64,000 bases of DNA, from positions 1 through 64,000 of IMG/VR virus record IMGVR_UViG_3300035365_000057. One strand, 5' to 3'. Source of the stretch: a virus. Taxonomy: Duplodnaviria; Caudoviricetes. Below are positions 43,475 to 55,379 of the stretch, in pieces. Made by a program: the position numbers and the translations under genes. The notes beneath the pieces are model-generated. The model had not been told where the DNA came from and ran no database searches. It was given only the letters and a program-made list of their open reading frames with translations. Each line of letters begins with the position of its first letter. Positions within the stretch are counted from its first letter, which is position 1.

Positions 43475-44989
43475 ATGGCAACAAAAGAAATGACGAAGAA
43501 GGAACGTCGCGAAGCAATTAAAGCAGCAAAAAGAGCTGAAAAAGAAGCAAAAGCAGCAGAAACTAAGACTACCGTAGAAAATACTACCGTAGAACAACCA
43601 AAAGACGAGAAGAAGAAACCTACAGAAAAGCCTGCAGAAATGAAAAACCAGCAAGCAACCGAAAAGAAGACGGAAGAAAAGAAGGAAGATCCGAAGCCGA
43701 CTCCTAAGAAGAATGCACCCAAAGACAAACCTAAGGAGAAGAAGGACAAGATTCCTACAATTATTCCTGAAGATGCTGGTGAAAAAGAAGTAGATCGCGC
43801 CAACAAATTAACAGGAGTGATACCTACTGGTAAGAACCGTACAGGTTCATCATTCGATGCAAAAGCAATGCTCTTGCATTCTATGACAACCCGTTATTAC
43901 AACAATGAAGAACTTCAGAAGAACTATCCGGAGTTGTATAACGATCTGAACCGTAGTATGGATGTAATAACCTTGCTCGCATTGGTAGACTTACGTCAAG
44001 AAGTAATCGAACGTAATACTTCTGGGCAGTTGATGCTCACAGTCAATGCTGATCAGATTCTGCCGTTGCAGGGTATGGCCGCATTGTTGGGAATTGAACT
44101 CGCACCCGCAAAAGCACTTCCTGGAAACGATGGTCAAATGCAAATCGATTTCAAGGAGTCAAAAGTACCCGAAGAACTCGTAAAGGACGCAGGTAAAAGC
44201 ACAGAAGAAAAACCAGAATTGGATCCTAAAAAGATTCAATCCGCGGAAGATGTAAAGAAAGCTCTCGAGTATTTACTTCGTTCCGATAACAATACAGCAA
44301 CAGCATTAGTAAACGCAGTAGAATGGTATCGTACAATGCGTATGACCAATGAAGAAGATGCTAATAAGAAGCTCGCTATGGACGACAAAACCGTAGAAGA
44401 GTGGATTAACGAAATCATTAGTATAACTAATCCTACAAGTCTTCTCCGTGGTCTTGGCCGAGCAGTATATCTATACGACTCGCAATTAGGATCTCCGATC
44501 TTCTCTCATTCACTCTTGCATCATCATATCAGCAAAGTCGGCTGGTCTGAAGAACAAATCGCAAGTGCTCATAAAGCTCTCATTCAAGAGAATGTGCGCA
44601 TGAAGTTGAAAGAAGATGAGAACGCCAAACCTCAAGACGATAAAGCCTTGAAGGCCGTTATCGGTTCTCTTGGAACAGAATATATCGAAAAGCTGTTCAA
44701 CGATGCTAACATCAACATGGATGAAGTAGCAGAAGACAAGAAGACCGAAATGGAAAATGCGAAGAAAGACGCCAAGAAAATTCTTGGAGTAATTCGTACA
44801 AACTACTTCGAAAAGGATCATGTTCCTACCACAGACGAACTTCGCATGTGTGTTGGACAGATTATCAATCTGTATCGTGATCCGGCAAATCGCTTGGCAG
44901 AGTATTGTCAGAACTACATAACTTCTTCGAAAGAGGGTGAATACCCTGAAAAAGCAAGCGGCGAAAAAAAAATTAACGCCCTCGTTTAA
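43475..44989 (+). CDS. Large hypothetical protein (504 aa) with Lys/Glu-rich disordered N-terminus
   Basis: Long ORF with strong codon bias. Confidence 0.8.
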   Translation: MATKEMTKKERREAIKAAKRAEKEAKAAETKTTVENTTVEQPKDEKKKPTEKPAEMKNQQATEKKTEEKKEDPKPTPKKNAPKDKPKEKKDKIPTIIPEDAGEKEVDRANKLTGVIPTGKNRTGSSFDAKAMLLHSMTTRYYNNEELQKNYPELYNDLNRSMDVITLLALVDLRQEVIERNTSGQLMLTVNADQILPLQGMAALLGIELAPAKALPGNDGQMQIDFKESKVPEELVKDAGKSTEEKPELDPKKIQSAEDVKKALEYLLRSDNNTATALVNAVEWYRTMRMTNEEDANKKLAMDDKTVEEWINEIISITNPTSLLRGLGRAVYLYDSQLGSPIFSHSLLHHHISKVGWSEEQIASAHKALIQENVRMKLKEDENAKPQDDKALKAVIGSLGTEYIEKLFNDANINMDEVAEDKKTEMENAKKDAKKILGVIRTNYFEKDHVPTTDELRMCVGQIINLYRDPANRLAEYCQNYITSSKEGEYPEKASGEKKINALV

Positions 44990-45050
44990 GTTTCTGAAGA
45001 AAGTTAAAGAGTTCATTTTAACATCGTTCTACGAATAAATCATAATCAAT

Positions 45051-45870
45051 ATGAGTATTCGAATTCTATCTGTTGTTAGCATGTTTATAGCCAGTATTTT
45101 CGTTGGTTATAACTTGCTACCAACCGAACAAATACAAGCTCAAACGCTTGTAATTCCTTCACCGATTGAAATACCACACATGATGGATATTCAACCGAAA
45201 AAAGAGGAGTTGTCCACACCAGAGATAGATGTCCAGATAGACCTATCTACTAAAGAAGTATCTGTAAAAGGAACAGTGGACGCAAAGGTCAATGTAACAA
45301 CGATTGGTGAACCAAAACCAATTGTTAAGTGGAAAACCAGAGTAAAGAAAGAAGTTCGTAAGGATACTATTGGTTATCCTTATGTAAAATCAGTAGGACG
45401 TATGCCAACAGATAGTAAACCAATTTCTATACTCAAAACAATTGATAAAAATGCCAAGCAATAAGATTATATTAAAACAGATGCTCCGTTTATCACGAGT
45501 AATCCGAGATCTTAAAGAATCCAGAATGAAAATGAACTTAGTTCAAAATCAAACTGAATACTTTGTATGTGGTGGAGAATCATTAGATATGATTCGTTCC
45601 ATGGCAAACACGAATATATCTAATTGCTTGTATTTAGAAAAGTACTTACGCTCGTCTGTAAGTAATGCATGTAAATGCTTGGATGGTTTCATTCCAGGTA
45701 AAATGGATCCAATAGACTACATCAGTAGTAGTGATGTAAAAAATAAATTTGTCGACTTATGTCTAGGTAGGAATATTGTAGCAACAATCAATCTTACCAC
45801 TGGAATCATTATACCAACTGAACCAGAGCAAAATTTGGCAGAAGATAAATGCCCATCGGAAAAAAGTTAA
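45051..45870 (+). CDS. Two hypothetical genes (45051..45464 signal/TM; 45442..45870)
   Basis: Overlapping complete ORFs. Confidence 0.65.
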
Positions 45871-45879
45871 CATCAATAA

Positions 45880-47970
45880 CCGATTAACAAATACTATAAT
45901 TATGATGTAGTTCGAGAGGAGTAAAACTATAGCGTAAATCACTCCGACAGAAGTCATGCGAGTCATAAAATAATGACAGTCGCGCTGTGTCAGGGAGCTG
46001 TGTTCATTTACACTGGCCCGAAAAAGTACAGGATCCGAGAATATGTTAGCCGCTAAAACGGTGAGATTACTCAAAAGGTAGGATGATAGGCCAAAACGTC
46101 TGAAAAACGGATGGTAAATGGGGATCAGAGTGCTTACCCTCATTAGGTAATGAGAACCGTACTGGTGATTACTAAAGACTCATAAATACTGCAATCAGTA
46201 CCGCTAATGCAGATTTATAAAAATAAGCAAGGGGAACGAAATCCTCTTTAATTACTCGTTTGTATCATCAAAATATGAATCAAGAAGGAGTATAAACACG
46301 ACGCCGAAACAGGGGCAATCCGGCTCCTGGGCTAATCCTTTGGAAAGAGAAGCCGAAGCCAAAAGGCAAACAATAAAATGCAGATAACGCATCAGCGGGG
46401 TCCAATCTCGCTTAATAAAAGCGCAATTATGCGTCCTGACTGGGAAAATAGGCTAACTCTAGTGTTCAGTATACATCAGCTGTGATGCAATATTATTATA
46501 TTGGAACTTATACTTATGAAGGGAGTAAATTAACTGATACTAATGTGAGGGTAACCGTGTTATGGTACATATTATTTAAAATGAGATGGATACGCAATGA
46601 TCCGGGGAGTGAAACTACGGTGGAACCATGATCCGACTGATTAACGTGGAGCAGAAGTAAATTCTGTGCATTATGGTAAATAGTGTTCTCTAAAATTTTA
46701 AATAAGGATGATGTATATGAGATTGATACAGCCTTCCAAGACTAAAGTTGACTCACGAGCTTAGTCGTTCATGTGAGTATAATATATGACGAATGACGAG
46801 ACTAAATAAACAGTCTAAAATGCGGTTTGAGGGCGCTTTAACCCTGATTCTAGTGAACAAAGACCTTTAGCAAGTCTTAGCATATTATGTTCTAAAATAA
46901 ACTTTAGGTGATGCGTAGAAAACACCTACTAAAAAATCGCAGAGTTTAAGTATTTTAAGATATATAAATACCTTTGCTAATAGTTTATATGCACTCCAGT
47001 ATATCGACTAAACGCATCGTAAAAAGGGAATATGAGAGCTTATATTGTTGCTGTAGCCTAACAACCTACAACCAAAATATATCGCATTGCTTACTTAAGA
47101 AGTTAAGAAGCATTAATCAAAAGTATTTACGCTGAATAGAGTCAGCTGCAATAAATGTACTCTAATTGTTTAATTTTTTAATAATTGGGGAAGTCCAATG
47201 ATAGGTCAGAAATATAAGCTACTGTTGTAAAGTAGACATATGGAGAGCGAGTCACCCCCGACTACCAACCGTTATGCTGACTGTTAAGACACTCGTAAAG
47301 TATATAGCCGCAACTATATATGTATGAGAACGCTGAATCGTAGCACTGACCGCGTAGTATATACTGTCTCTATATAATACGTAGTAAACTCATGATGAAG
47401 GTATTTCCATGAGCAAGGTAAAGAATGATGAATGGGTGGAAATCCCATATATTCGTGTAGTATAAATAAGAAATCCGAGAGGTCAAGTGGGCGTCTTGAA
47501 AAATTAGACGGCTTGTTATGGGTTTTAAAATTTTTCTCAACAGGAAAAAACCTCATTCGCTTAGAATGTTGTAATCCTCAATGTTGTCCCGTAGGCATAC
47601 CAGTTGCTGATGATGGGTACTTTTCGAATTGTACTAACACAATACTTATGTTAGAGAATATGATTTGAAATAGGGTGATAGGTGCATACGGCATCGTATA
47701 AGTTGAATCCGTATAGTTTTTATCTTTACTTATAAAAGATTATATCAGAAAATATCAGATGAAATAACAGAAACGTAATTTCAAATAAATTTCAACATTT
47801 ATCATTTATACCTAGTAAGTTATGTGATTGAATTCACTACCAATGTTCTAAACTTTTTAAAGTGAAACCACATGCTGGTTTTTTGGTACCGAGAAATAAC
47901 TGAAAGGTGGAGAGAATTAATTTTAATATTAACTAATTTCGTATTGGTATATCAAGTACGGAATCAAAAA
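45880..47970 (+). ncRNA. About 2-kb non-coding, hairpin-rich region (candidate large ncRNA)
   Basis: No credible ORF; many short stems (46097-46113, 46139-46154, 46751-46778, 46906-46929). Confidence 0.5.
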
Positions 47971-47981
47971 GGAAAATAGTT

Positions 47982-49159
47982 ATGGACGTAAATGTAAACA
48001 TCAATAACAAAGGCGAACAAATCATTGGACGGTATCGCCAGGTTTTAACTTCTTACGGACCTTATTTTGGTCAGAAGTTATTCACAGTAATAAAGACTAA
48101 CCCTGATTTGAAGTGGAAAGAAGACACATTCAACGGCAAAAATACGTTACGGCAAGAAGTAAACGTATACATGCTGAAGGGTATTGACATTAAGTCAGTA
48201 GCATTTAAAGAGAAAGATATCGATGGTAATCCGAAGATTATCTTCAACGCAGAAGACAACGACAATACGCTCGTATTCCCGCTCGAAAAGCCGGACTTCA
48301 AGAATGCAACTCGCGATACTATCGCAGATTGTATTGATCGGTTGAGCAAACCGAACAGCAAGCCTATGTTCTTCGACGCTAAGGAACTTCCGGAGCTCGT
48401 AGAATTGCTGCGTATTGCTAATCAGAGTGTATTGGAATTCTATGAAGAACAGTCTCGTAAGTTCTTGAATCTATCTCAGACTGTACGCGGTATGATGGAT
48501 CAGGCAGATCGCTTCCAAGTCGAATATTTACGGCAGTGCGGAGTATCTACAGCCGAGGCTGAAATCAACGTAAAGATCGAAACTAAAGAGTAACCATTAT
48601 GACTGGCAGAATGTCTCCTTCTAGGATAGCGCTTCTGCAATTACTCATCTGTTCAGAACCAACCATATTGAGCAAAGTTCAGATTTGGAACGGCGAACAA
48701 AAGGAAACTGCCAAAAAAGTAAGCATAAGAGAGGATGGATCGGTCTTCTTTTACTATGGTAGTGGTCCATTATGGTGGCAAAGACTGTTTGGTGCTTATA
48801 AAGCCGTAAGTATTATAGACGCAGCTATAAATATTGCAGATGCAATTACTGGTTCTAATGGAACTCGTAACGAAATAGCTTTTGATGGAATTACTAAAAG
48901 TATTCTTGATGAAGCTGTTAAGAAAAAAGATCTTGATTGCGTAGTAGATATATTGTTTGATAGTATGAGAAACTGTTCTGATGGAGAACTGCATTCTAAG
49001 TATATCACACAAGAAAATCTTCGCAAATACGCAAAAGAAAAAAACTTACAAGGCAATCTCCGTATAGAGATGCCTGATGATCTATTCGGATTCGCATCCG
49101 TAGAGATACGGCCTGGGGTATCAGTACCCATTCGTATAGGCCGTGTCAAATTTAAATAA
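47982..49159 (+). CDS. Two hypothetical genes (47982..48593, 48599..49159)
   Basis: Complete adjacent ORFs. Confidence 0.7.
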
Positions 49160-49195
49160 TATTGGATTGGATATTATTAAAAACAAAATAATTTC

Positions 49196-49327
49196 ACAGT
49201 ACTGAACTGGGTACTGTTTAACATAGAATTACTGAACTGGGTAGTTCTTTGTTTATATCATAAGTAATCCAAGGTATTGAATTGGATACTTGGTGGATGT
49301 TAAAGGTTCGACTCCTTTGCTTATGAC
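49196..49327 (+). ncRNA. Three UGAAYUGG-loop hairpins, the third inside a tRNA-like acceptor/T-arm frame
   Basis: Stems differ while loops are conserved; TCATAAG/CTTATGA acceptor-like stem and AAAGG-TTCGACT-CCTTT T arm. Confidence 0.65.
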
Positions 49328-49375
49328 AACACCAGTAAGCGATTTCGGCGAGTTATTAACAATTTAAAAATCAAT

Positions 49376-51238
49376 TTGCCTATGAAATCAATTACATCTA
49401 AATATATTATCGACCGTCGTAAAGAACTTAGTAACAACATTACAAAGTATTGGAATATTATTAAAAATGAAAATGTAATTCCGAAAGACGGAAAACGAAA
49501 CTACGATCTGAAAGCGTTACTTACGAAGATCGAAGAAATGGCCGACGAACGAATATTATTGAAACTGTATTTACAGTGTATCAATATGGGTTATAAAAAG
49601 TTTTCAGAATTACCTGAAAATAATAACTATCTCGCCATTTTCACACTTAGTGAAAAGTCGGAACAACTATTTCACTTAAGCAAGATACGCACGATTGACC
49701 AAAAATTAAAGCGTTCTAAAGGTAAGAAAAACCTTAATACAACCGAAGAATTAACTTCTTCATTCATCAATATGCGTATAAACAAAATCCAATTAGAAGT
49801 AAATAAATTAGAAAAAGAAATAGAAAACTTTAACAATTCAGCAACTTTAGAAATAGAAACAGCAGCTAAATCATTAGCAGCATGAAAGGAGCAATTTACT
49901 TAAAACAGCATTTGCTTGAAACTAATAGTCACTATGAAGAAAGAGTTAACAACTACATAGTGACTGTTAGCGAAAAGTACAAATTTCTTGGAATAGAAAC
50001 TAAATTTCGCCAAGTAACAATTTATTTTGAGACTAATGAACCGTTACAAGAAAATTCAAAAAGAAAAATTGATTTTCCTGTAACAAGTAATAACATTTAA
50101 AAGATTATCAAGATTATGAAAAAGATATATTCACAAGCCGGTAAAAGAAAAGGAGTTAAAACTAGTTGTTCTAACAAAAACAAATTACGCCGTAAACAAC
50201 ACGGTATATTAATGCGTTCGATAGAACGTCCAGCACCGGAACCATCTCATCTGATAAAAGTTACAGAAACTGAGAATGGGAAAACAATAGAAATTCAGAG
50301 AGTATTAGGAAATAAAAAACAATCTGAATATACTACAAACATTGCGAAAAATGCAATGGCTGATAATAAATCTGCAAAACAATCCAAGAAAGAACTTATC
50401 AAAAAGATACTTATGGAAGCAGGATATGAACCCACAGTACGCTATACTCGTAAGCAAAAGAAACATTTTACGCGTATAGTTAAAAACAAACTATTTGCTA
50501 AACCAAAACCAATCAAACAACTTTCTAAAGAAGAATACAAAAAGAAATTCGCCGAAGAAAGAGCTGCAAAAAAGATAAAATTAGACAACTTACCACACGC
50601 ACAATTACCTGTAATAAAAGGTAAACAAAGACCAATATCAGCTGCAGAAGCAGTAAAGAAAGAAAAACCAAATAACAGAAAATTCCGTTACGTAATAAAC
50701 AGAAAATCTGATGAAAACCCAAACAAGGTTTATGATTTCTTAACAGATTATTTTGATGCTTCAACAAGAACTGAAGCAAAAGACAAAGTAAAGAGTATTG
50801 CTGAAAAATACAAGAAGGATACTTCATTCACAGGTATAACCGTTCAAGATATTAACGGAGATAATAGTATTACATACTATACTAAAGAAAAATTAGCAGC
50901 GTAATAACCATTAAACTATCAAAATTATGGGAGAACAAAATTATATTGAATGGAAATTAGCAGAAGCAAAAAGACCTCGCAAGAAACTTTGGAAAGAAAA
51001 AGAAAAAGAAAGAATTGCAAAAGCAAGAACAAATACACCAAAGCCCGAGGGTAAACCTGAAGACTGGTTGTCTGAAAGGTTAGTCGCTAAACGTATCGTA
51101 AACCGACACAACAAGAAGATTATACGTTTAAACGAGCAAAAGGCTCGTTTAAACAGCAAAATAAAATCTTATCCGAAACAGCATATTGCTGAAAAACGAT
51201 ATAAGATAAAAACATTTGCTATGTTATTAGCAGCGTAA
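49376..51238 (+). CDS. Four hypothetical genes (49376..49885, 49882..50100, 50116..50904, 50927..51238); three end in -LAA
   Basis: Complete ORFs; C-termini KSLAA, EKLAA, MLLAA. Confidence 0.7.
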
Positions 51239-51275
51239 ACTAACTAAAATCGGTTGTTTTTATTTTTTAAATGTT

Positions 51276-51351
51276 TCGCATATAGCTCAGTTGGTAGAGC
51301 CGCAATACTAATACTGTGTGATTTGCGTGGGTTCGAGTCCCACTATGCGAT
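51276..51351 (+). tRNA. Atypical tRNA (anticodon uncertain, AAU by best fold)
   Basis: TCGCATA/TATGCGA acceptor, canonical D and T arms; anticodon arm 3 nt too long and irregular. Confidence 0.6.
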
Positions 51352-51375
51352 CGATAATCCCCAAAATATATTCAT

Positions 51376-53232
51376 ATGATAATTCGTAATAAACCATGTA
51401 TTGTCTATGATATTGAGGTGTTTATTAATGTATTTCATTGTACTCTATATAATACTGAAACACAAGAACTAATTAAGTTTGAATGTTCTCAGCGTAAAAA
51501 TGAAATTCATGAAATGTGTCAGTTCTTTTTATATACTGATGCATATTTTGTTGGTTATAACAATATTCATTATGATAATCCAATAATCAACTATTGTATT
51601 GAGTATTTTAATAATGATAACTATACTCACAATCGAATTTGTGAATCTATTTTTAACATGTCAAATATTATTACATCAAACGATGATAATAATTTTGATA
51701 AATGGAAAAGATGGAAATACGCAAAAAATTTCTTGACATTAGACTTACTTACAATGCTGTATAGTAAGCAGTTACGAGTTTCTTTAAAAGAAATGCAAGT
51801 AACCATGATGTATAAAAATGTACAAGAATTTAATATCGATTGGAGAGAACCGTTATTATTAACTCAAATAGATGAAATGATTCAGTATAATATAAATGAT
51901 GTAATGTCTACTACTGAATTATTGAATCGCTGCAAGAAAGATATTGAATTACGTATAAGTATTGAAAACCAATATAATATTGATTGTTTATCAAAAGATG
52001 GTGTTAATATCGGTATGCAAATATTAGCAGAAGAATATATGCGTAAAACAGGAATTCCTTGGAATATACTAAAGAATTTACGTAGTCCTGCAGATAAAAT
52101 TGCATTAAAAGATATTATACTACCATTTATTCACTATCAAACACCAATACTACAAGAATTACTTACTGAAATGAAATCATTAACAGTAAGTCCAGGTAGA
52201 AAAGGGTATGAAAAACAATTCGTAATGGATGGTACAACATATTCAGTTGGTGTTGGCGGTATTCATAGTATAAACAAGCCAGAAATAATAATACCAAAAA
52301 ATGATGAATTACTAATTGATTGTGATGTTGCATCACTATATCCAAGTATGCTATTAAACTTTAATTTCTATCCAAAACATTTAGGAAAAGAATTCAAAGA
52401 AGTATATTCAGATATACGAGATAGAAGAATTAAAGCAAAACACGAAGGAAATAAAATTGTAAATGAAACGTTAAAATTAAGTCTAAATGGACTTAGTGGA
52501 AATTTACAAAATGAATTTTCTTGGTGTTACGATCCTAATGCAGTAATGTCTATTAGAATAAATGGACAATTATTATTATTGATGTTAGCAGAAGAATTAA
52601 CAATTCACGGATGTCGTATAGTTCAAATCAATACAGATGGTATTTTATACTTATGTAAGAAAAACAAATACGATATTATAAAAGCAATATACAATAAATG
52701 GCAAGAATTAACTGGATTAGTATTAGAAGAAGAAAACTTCAAAGCTTTTTATCAATTAGCAATTAATGATTATTTTGGTATACTTGACAACGGTCAAGTA
52801 AAAGAAAAAGGATGTTTTATTACTTCTGTTAAACTTGGTAAAGGTCTTACTCCAAAGATTATACCGAAAGCAGTAATAGCATACTTTAAAGATAGAATCC
52901 CAATTGAAAATACAATTAAAAACTGTACCGATATTAAGGATTTCTTAATGTCTGAAAAGACAGGCAAACAATGGCATGTTGAATATTTAGAAAAGGAACA
53001 ACAGCGTATTAATCGTTTCTATGCGTCTACTAATGGTGGATATCTATGGAAATGGAAAGATAATAACGGAGAGAAAGCATACCAAAATATGCTTACTGCA
53101 TCTGGTGTTACTTTACTAAATAAATTTGATGATAAACCAATCAATGAACGTAAGATTAATTACCGGTATTATATAACAGAAGCCGCTAAGATAATCGACG
53201 AATTAACTACTAAACAATTGAGTCTGTGGTAA
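51376..53232 (+). CDS. polB: DNA polymerase family B
   Basis: Exonuclease YDIE and GYNNIHYD; polymerase DVASLYPS, KLSLNGLSG, NTDG. Confidence 0.92.
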   Translation: MIIRNKPCIVYDIEVFINVFHCTLYNTETQELIKFECSQRKNEIHEMCQFFLYTDAYFVGYNNIHYDNPIINYCIEYFNNDNYTHNRICESIFNMSNIITSNDDNNFDKWKRWKYAKNFLTLDLLTMLYSKQLRVSLKEMQVTMMYKNVQEFNIDWREPLLLTQIDEMIQYNINDVMSTTELLNRCKKDIELRISIENQYNIDCLSKDGVNIGMQILAEEYMRKTGIPWNILKNLRSPADKIALKDIILPFIHYQTPILQELLTEMKSLTVSPGRKGYEKQFVMDGTTYSVGVGGIHSINKPEIIIPKNDELLIDCDVASLYPSMLLNFNFYPKHLGKEFKEVYSDIRDRRIKAKHEGNKIVNETLKLSLNGLSGNLQNEFSWCYDPNAVMSIRINGQLLLLMLAEELTIHGCRIVQINTDGILYLCKKNKYDIIKAIYNKWQELTGLVLEEENFKAFYQLAINDYFGILDNGQVKEKGCFITSVKLGKGLTPKIIPKAVIAYFKDRIPIENTIKNCTDIKDFLMSEKTGKQWHVEYLEKEQQRINRFYASTNGGYLWKWKDNNGEKAYQNMLTASGVTLLNKFDDKPINERKINYRYYITEAAKIIDELTTKQLSLW

Positions 53233-53291
53233 TACCAAAAGACTATCAGATATATTTCAAAACCATAAACTCTGTAAAAATATAGAGAATT

Positions 53292-53861
53292 ATGATTTTA
53301 GAAATAGACACTTCTATCTTAGATAGAATTCCAAACTTGTCTATTAATCAATTAGTATTCCTAACTCTTGTATTGAGTGATATCAAAACAATCAATCAAG
53401 ACATTCAAAAACTTCTCAGCCTGGTTAATGAAGAAGAAATACATGAGTTAGAACTTCAAGGTTTAATACTAATCAAATTAGATGAATCAGGTAACCAAGT
53501 CATTAGTAAAACAGAAAAACTAAACGAACTTCTAAAAGAAGATAAGTCCATGTTTGATGAATTCTATGACCTATTTCCAGTTTATGTTACTAGACCTGAC
53601 GGAACTAAAGGTTTCCTTAGGAGTAATATAAACAAATGTAGAAAAGAGTATAACCGTATCATTGGTAAATCTAAAGCAATGCATGAACATATCATGGCTT
53701 GTTTAAGATATGAAATCGATGATAAAATGCAAACAGGCAAATTAGGTTATATGAAAACTATGTGGAAATGGCTCACTCAACACGAGTGGGAAACCGTTGA
53801 AGAACAAATGAAATTAGAAGAACCTGTAAATAGTTATAGCTATGGAACAGAATTATTCTAA
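53292..53861 (+). CDS. Putative replication initiator / helicase loader
   Basis: wHTH-like N-terminus, FDEFYDLFP segment; overlaps the helicase gene. Confidence 0.55.
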   Translation: MILEIDTSILDRIPNLSINQLVFLTLVLSDIKTINQDIQKLLSLVNEEEIHELELQGLILIKLDESGNQVISKTEKLNELLKEDKSMFDEFYDLFPVYVTRPDGTKGFLRSNINKCRKEYNRIIGKSKAMHEHIMACLRYEIDDKMQTGKLGYMKTMWKWLTQHEWETVEEQMKLEEPVNSYSYGTELF

Positions 53862-54822
53862 TACGCTAACTTTCCAACATATTTCAACAGCAACTAAAGA
53901 AGCGGTTGAATATATTCGCAAAAGAAAGAATCACGAAATTCAATCTCTTGCAACACGATGGAATAAGTTCAATAAACACTGTATGGGTGGAATTGAACCG
54001 AATACGATATATACTATAGTAGGTATATCAGGTAGTGGAAAATCTTCATTTGTGAATACGCTCGAAAATGATTTAATAGATTTAAATCCAGATCAGGAAA
54101 TAATAGTATTGAATTTTAGCTTTGAAATGCTTAGTTCAAGAAATGTTGGTCGTAAATTGAGTAGTAAGTTAAGGCAAACTACTTCTCAGCTTTATAGTTC
54201 TACAGAAGAATTATCAGATGAATTATTAAATGAGGTAGAAGAGACAGCAAATGAAATAAAGGAGTATCCGATATATTATATCGATACTCCAGGAACTGTA
54301 TCTCAAATATCTGAAACTATCGATTACTTTTATGAACAAAAAGTAAAAGATACAAATAAAAAGTTTATAATCATCTTAGACCATACTTTATTAGTAGAAG
54401 GTCAAAGCTCGACATTACAAACAATATCCGATTTACAGAAACTGTTTATTAAGGTGAAAAAATACCCGAATACTACTATAATTCAGTTATCACAGATGAA
54501 TCGTAATATTGAGTCTCCTGAAAGGATTAACAATCCGTCTATGCATTATCCAATGCGTAGTGATATTTCCTCAGCGGATACTATATTTCACGCGTCAGAT
54601 TACGTTATTTGTATTCATCGTCCAGAATTACTAAATATTGGAGCGTATGGACCGAATCGTTTACTGGTGAAAAACAAAGTCTATTTGCATATCTTAAAAA
54701 ATAGAGATGCAGGAGAATGTGTGATATTAGAATTCGAAAACGATTTAAAATACAATAATTTAATTGAAACAGTACGAAATGAAGAATCTGCAAAGAAAAT
54801 TTCATTTAGTAATAACAATTAA
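53842..54822 (+). CDS. dnaB: DnaB-like replicative helicase
   Basis: GISGSGKS, FSFEM, ILDH, LSQMNRNIE, ILKNRD. Confidence 0.88.
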   Translation: MEQNYSNTLTFQHISTATKEAVEYIRKRKNHEIQSLATRWNKFNKHCMGGIEPNTIYTIVGISGSGKSSFVNTLENDLIDLNPDQEIIVLNFSFEMLSSRNVGRKLSSKLRQTTSQLYSSTEELSDELLNEVEETANEIKEYPIYYIDTPGTVSQISETIDYFYEQKVKDTNKKFIIILDHTLLVEGQSSTLQTISDLQKLFIKVKKYPNTTIIQLSQMNRNIESPERINNPSMHYPMRSDISSADTIFHASDYVICIHRPELLNIGAYGPNRLLVKNKVYLHILKNRDAGECVILEFENDLKYNNLIETVRNEESAKKISFSNNN

Positions 54823-54836
54823 AAGGCTGAAAAATT

Positions 54837-55379
54837 ATGAAAACATATACTTTTACATTACCGAAGAATAACAATAGTGCTAAGATTTATAAAGAAAAGT
54901 TGATGGACCGTATTATAACTGCTTATCCTTGGATGACAGTTGAAAGTAAGTGTGATTATCCGTATAGCAATGACGGTATCGAATATGCCAGCGCAGGTGA
55001 TATGATTACGCTTGGTGTAAGTAAGACGCATAATGTATCTTGGTTACCTAAGGAAATCTATACCAATAAGACTGCAGAAGAACTTGCTAAAGAATTGTTC
55101 GGTTTTGATCCGTACAATAATATCAACTTTGATTTAGAAACAGAGTTCTATAAAGCTATTAACGCATTAAACGTATACGCAAACGAACATTATCCTTTCG
55201 AAAAGGATTACGATTACGTAGACGAATTCGGTACTCCGATTAAAATCTTTGATAACTTTATCCAGATTGGTTATGAGATTATTCCTATCGCAGCAGGTTC
55301 TCTTAATCATCTGAAACCTAAAACTAAGAAAACTATCATTGACATTACGATTAAGATTAAGAATCGTGGTCTTTATTAA
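54837..55379 (+). CDS. Hypothetical protein (180 aa)
   Basis: Complete ORF. Confidence 0.7.
   Translation: MKTYTFTLPKNNNSAKIYKEKLMDRIITAYPWMTVESKCDYPYSNDGIEYASAGDMITLGVSKTHNVSWLPKEIYTNKTAEELAKELFGFDPYNNINFDLETEFYKAINALNVYANEHYPFEKDYDYVDEFGTPIKIFDNFIQIGYEIIPIAAGSLNHLKPKTKKTIIDITIKIKNRGLY

Noticed and set aside
43435-45016. Minus-strand ORFs 43435..43806 and 44510..45016 (and similar ones across the early arm)
   Set aside because: Antisense to long, codon-biased plus-strand genes; their Phe/Ser-rich composition mirrors Lys/Glu codons.
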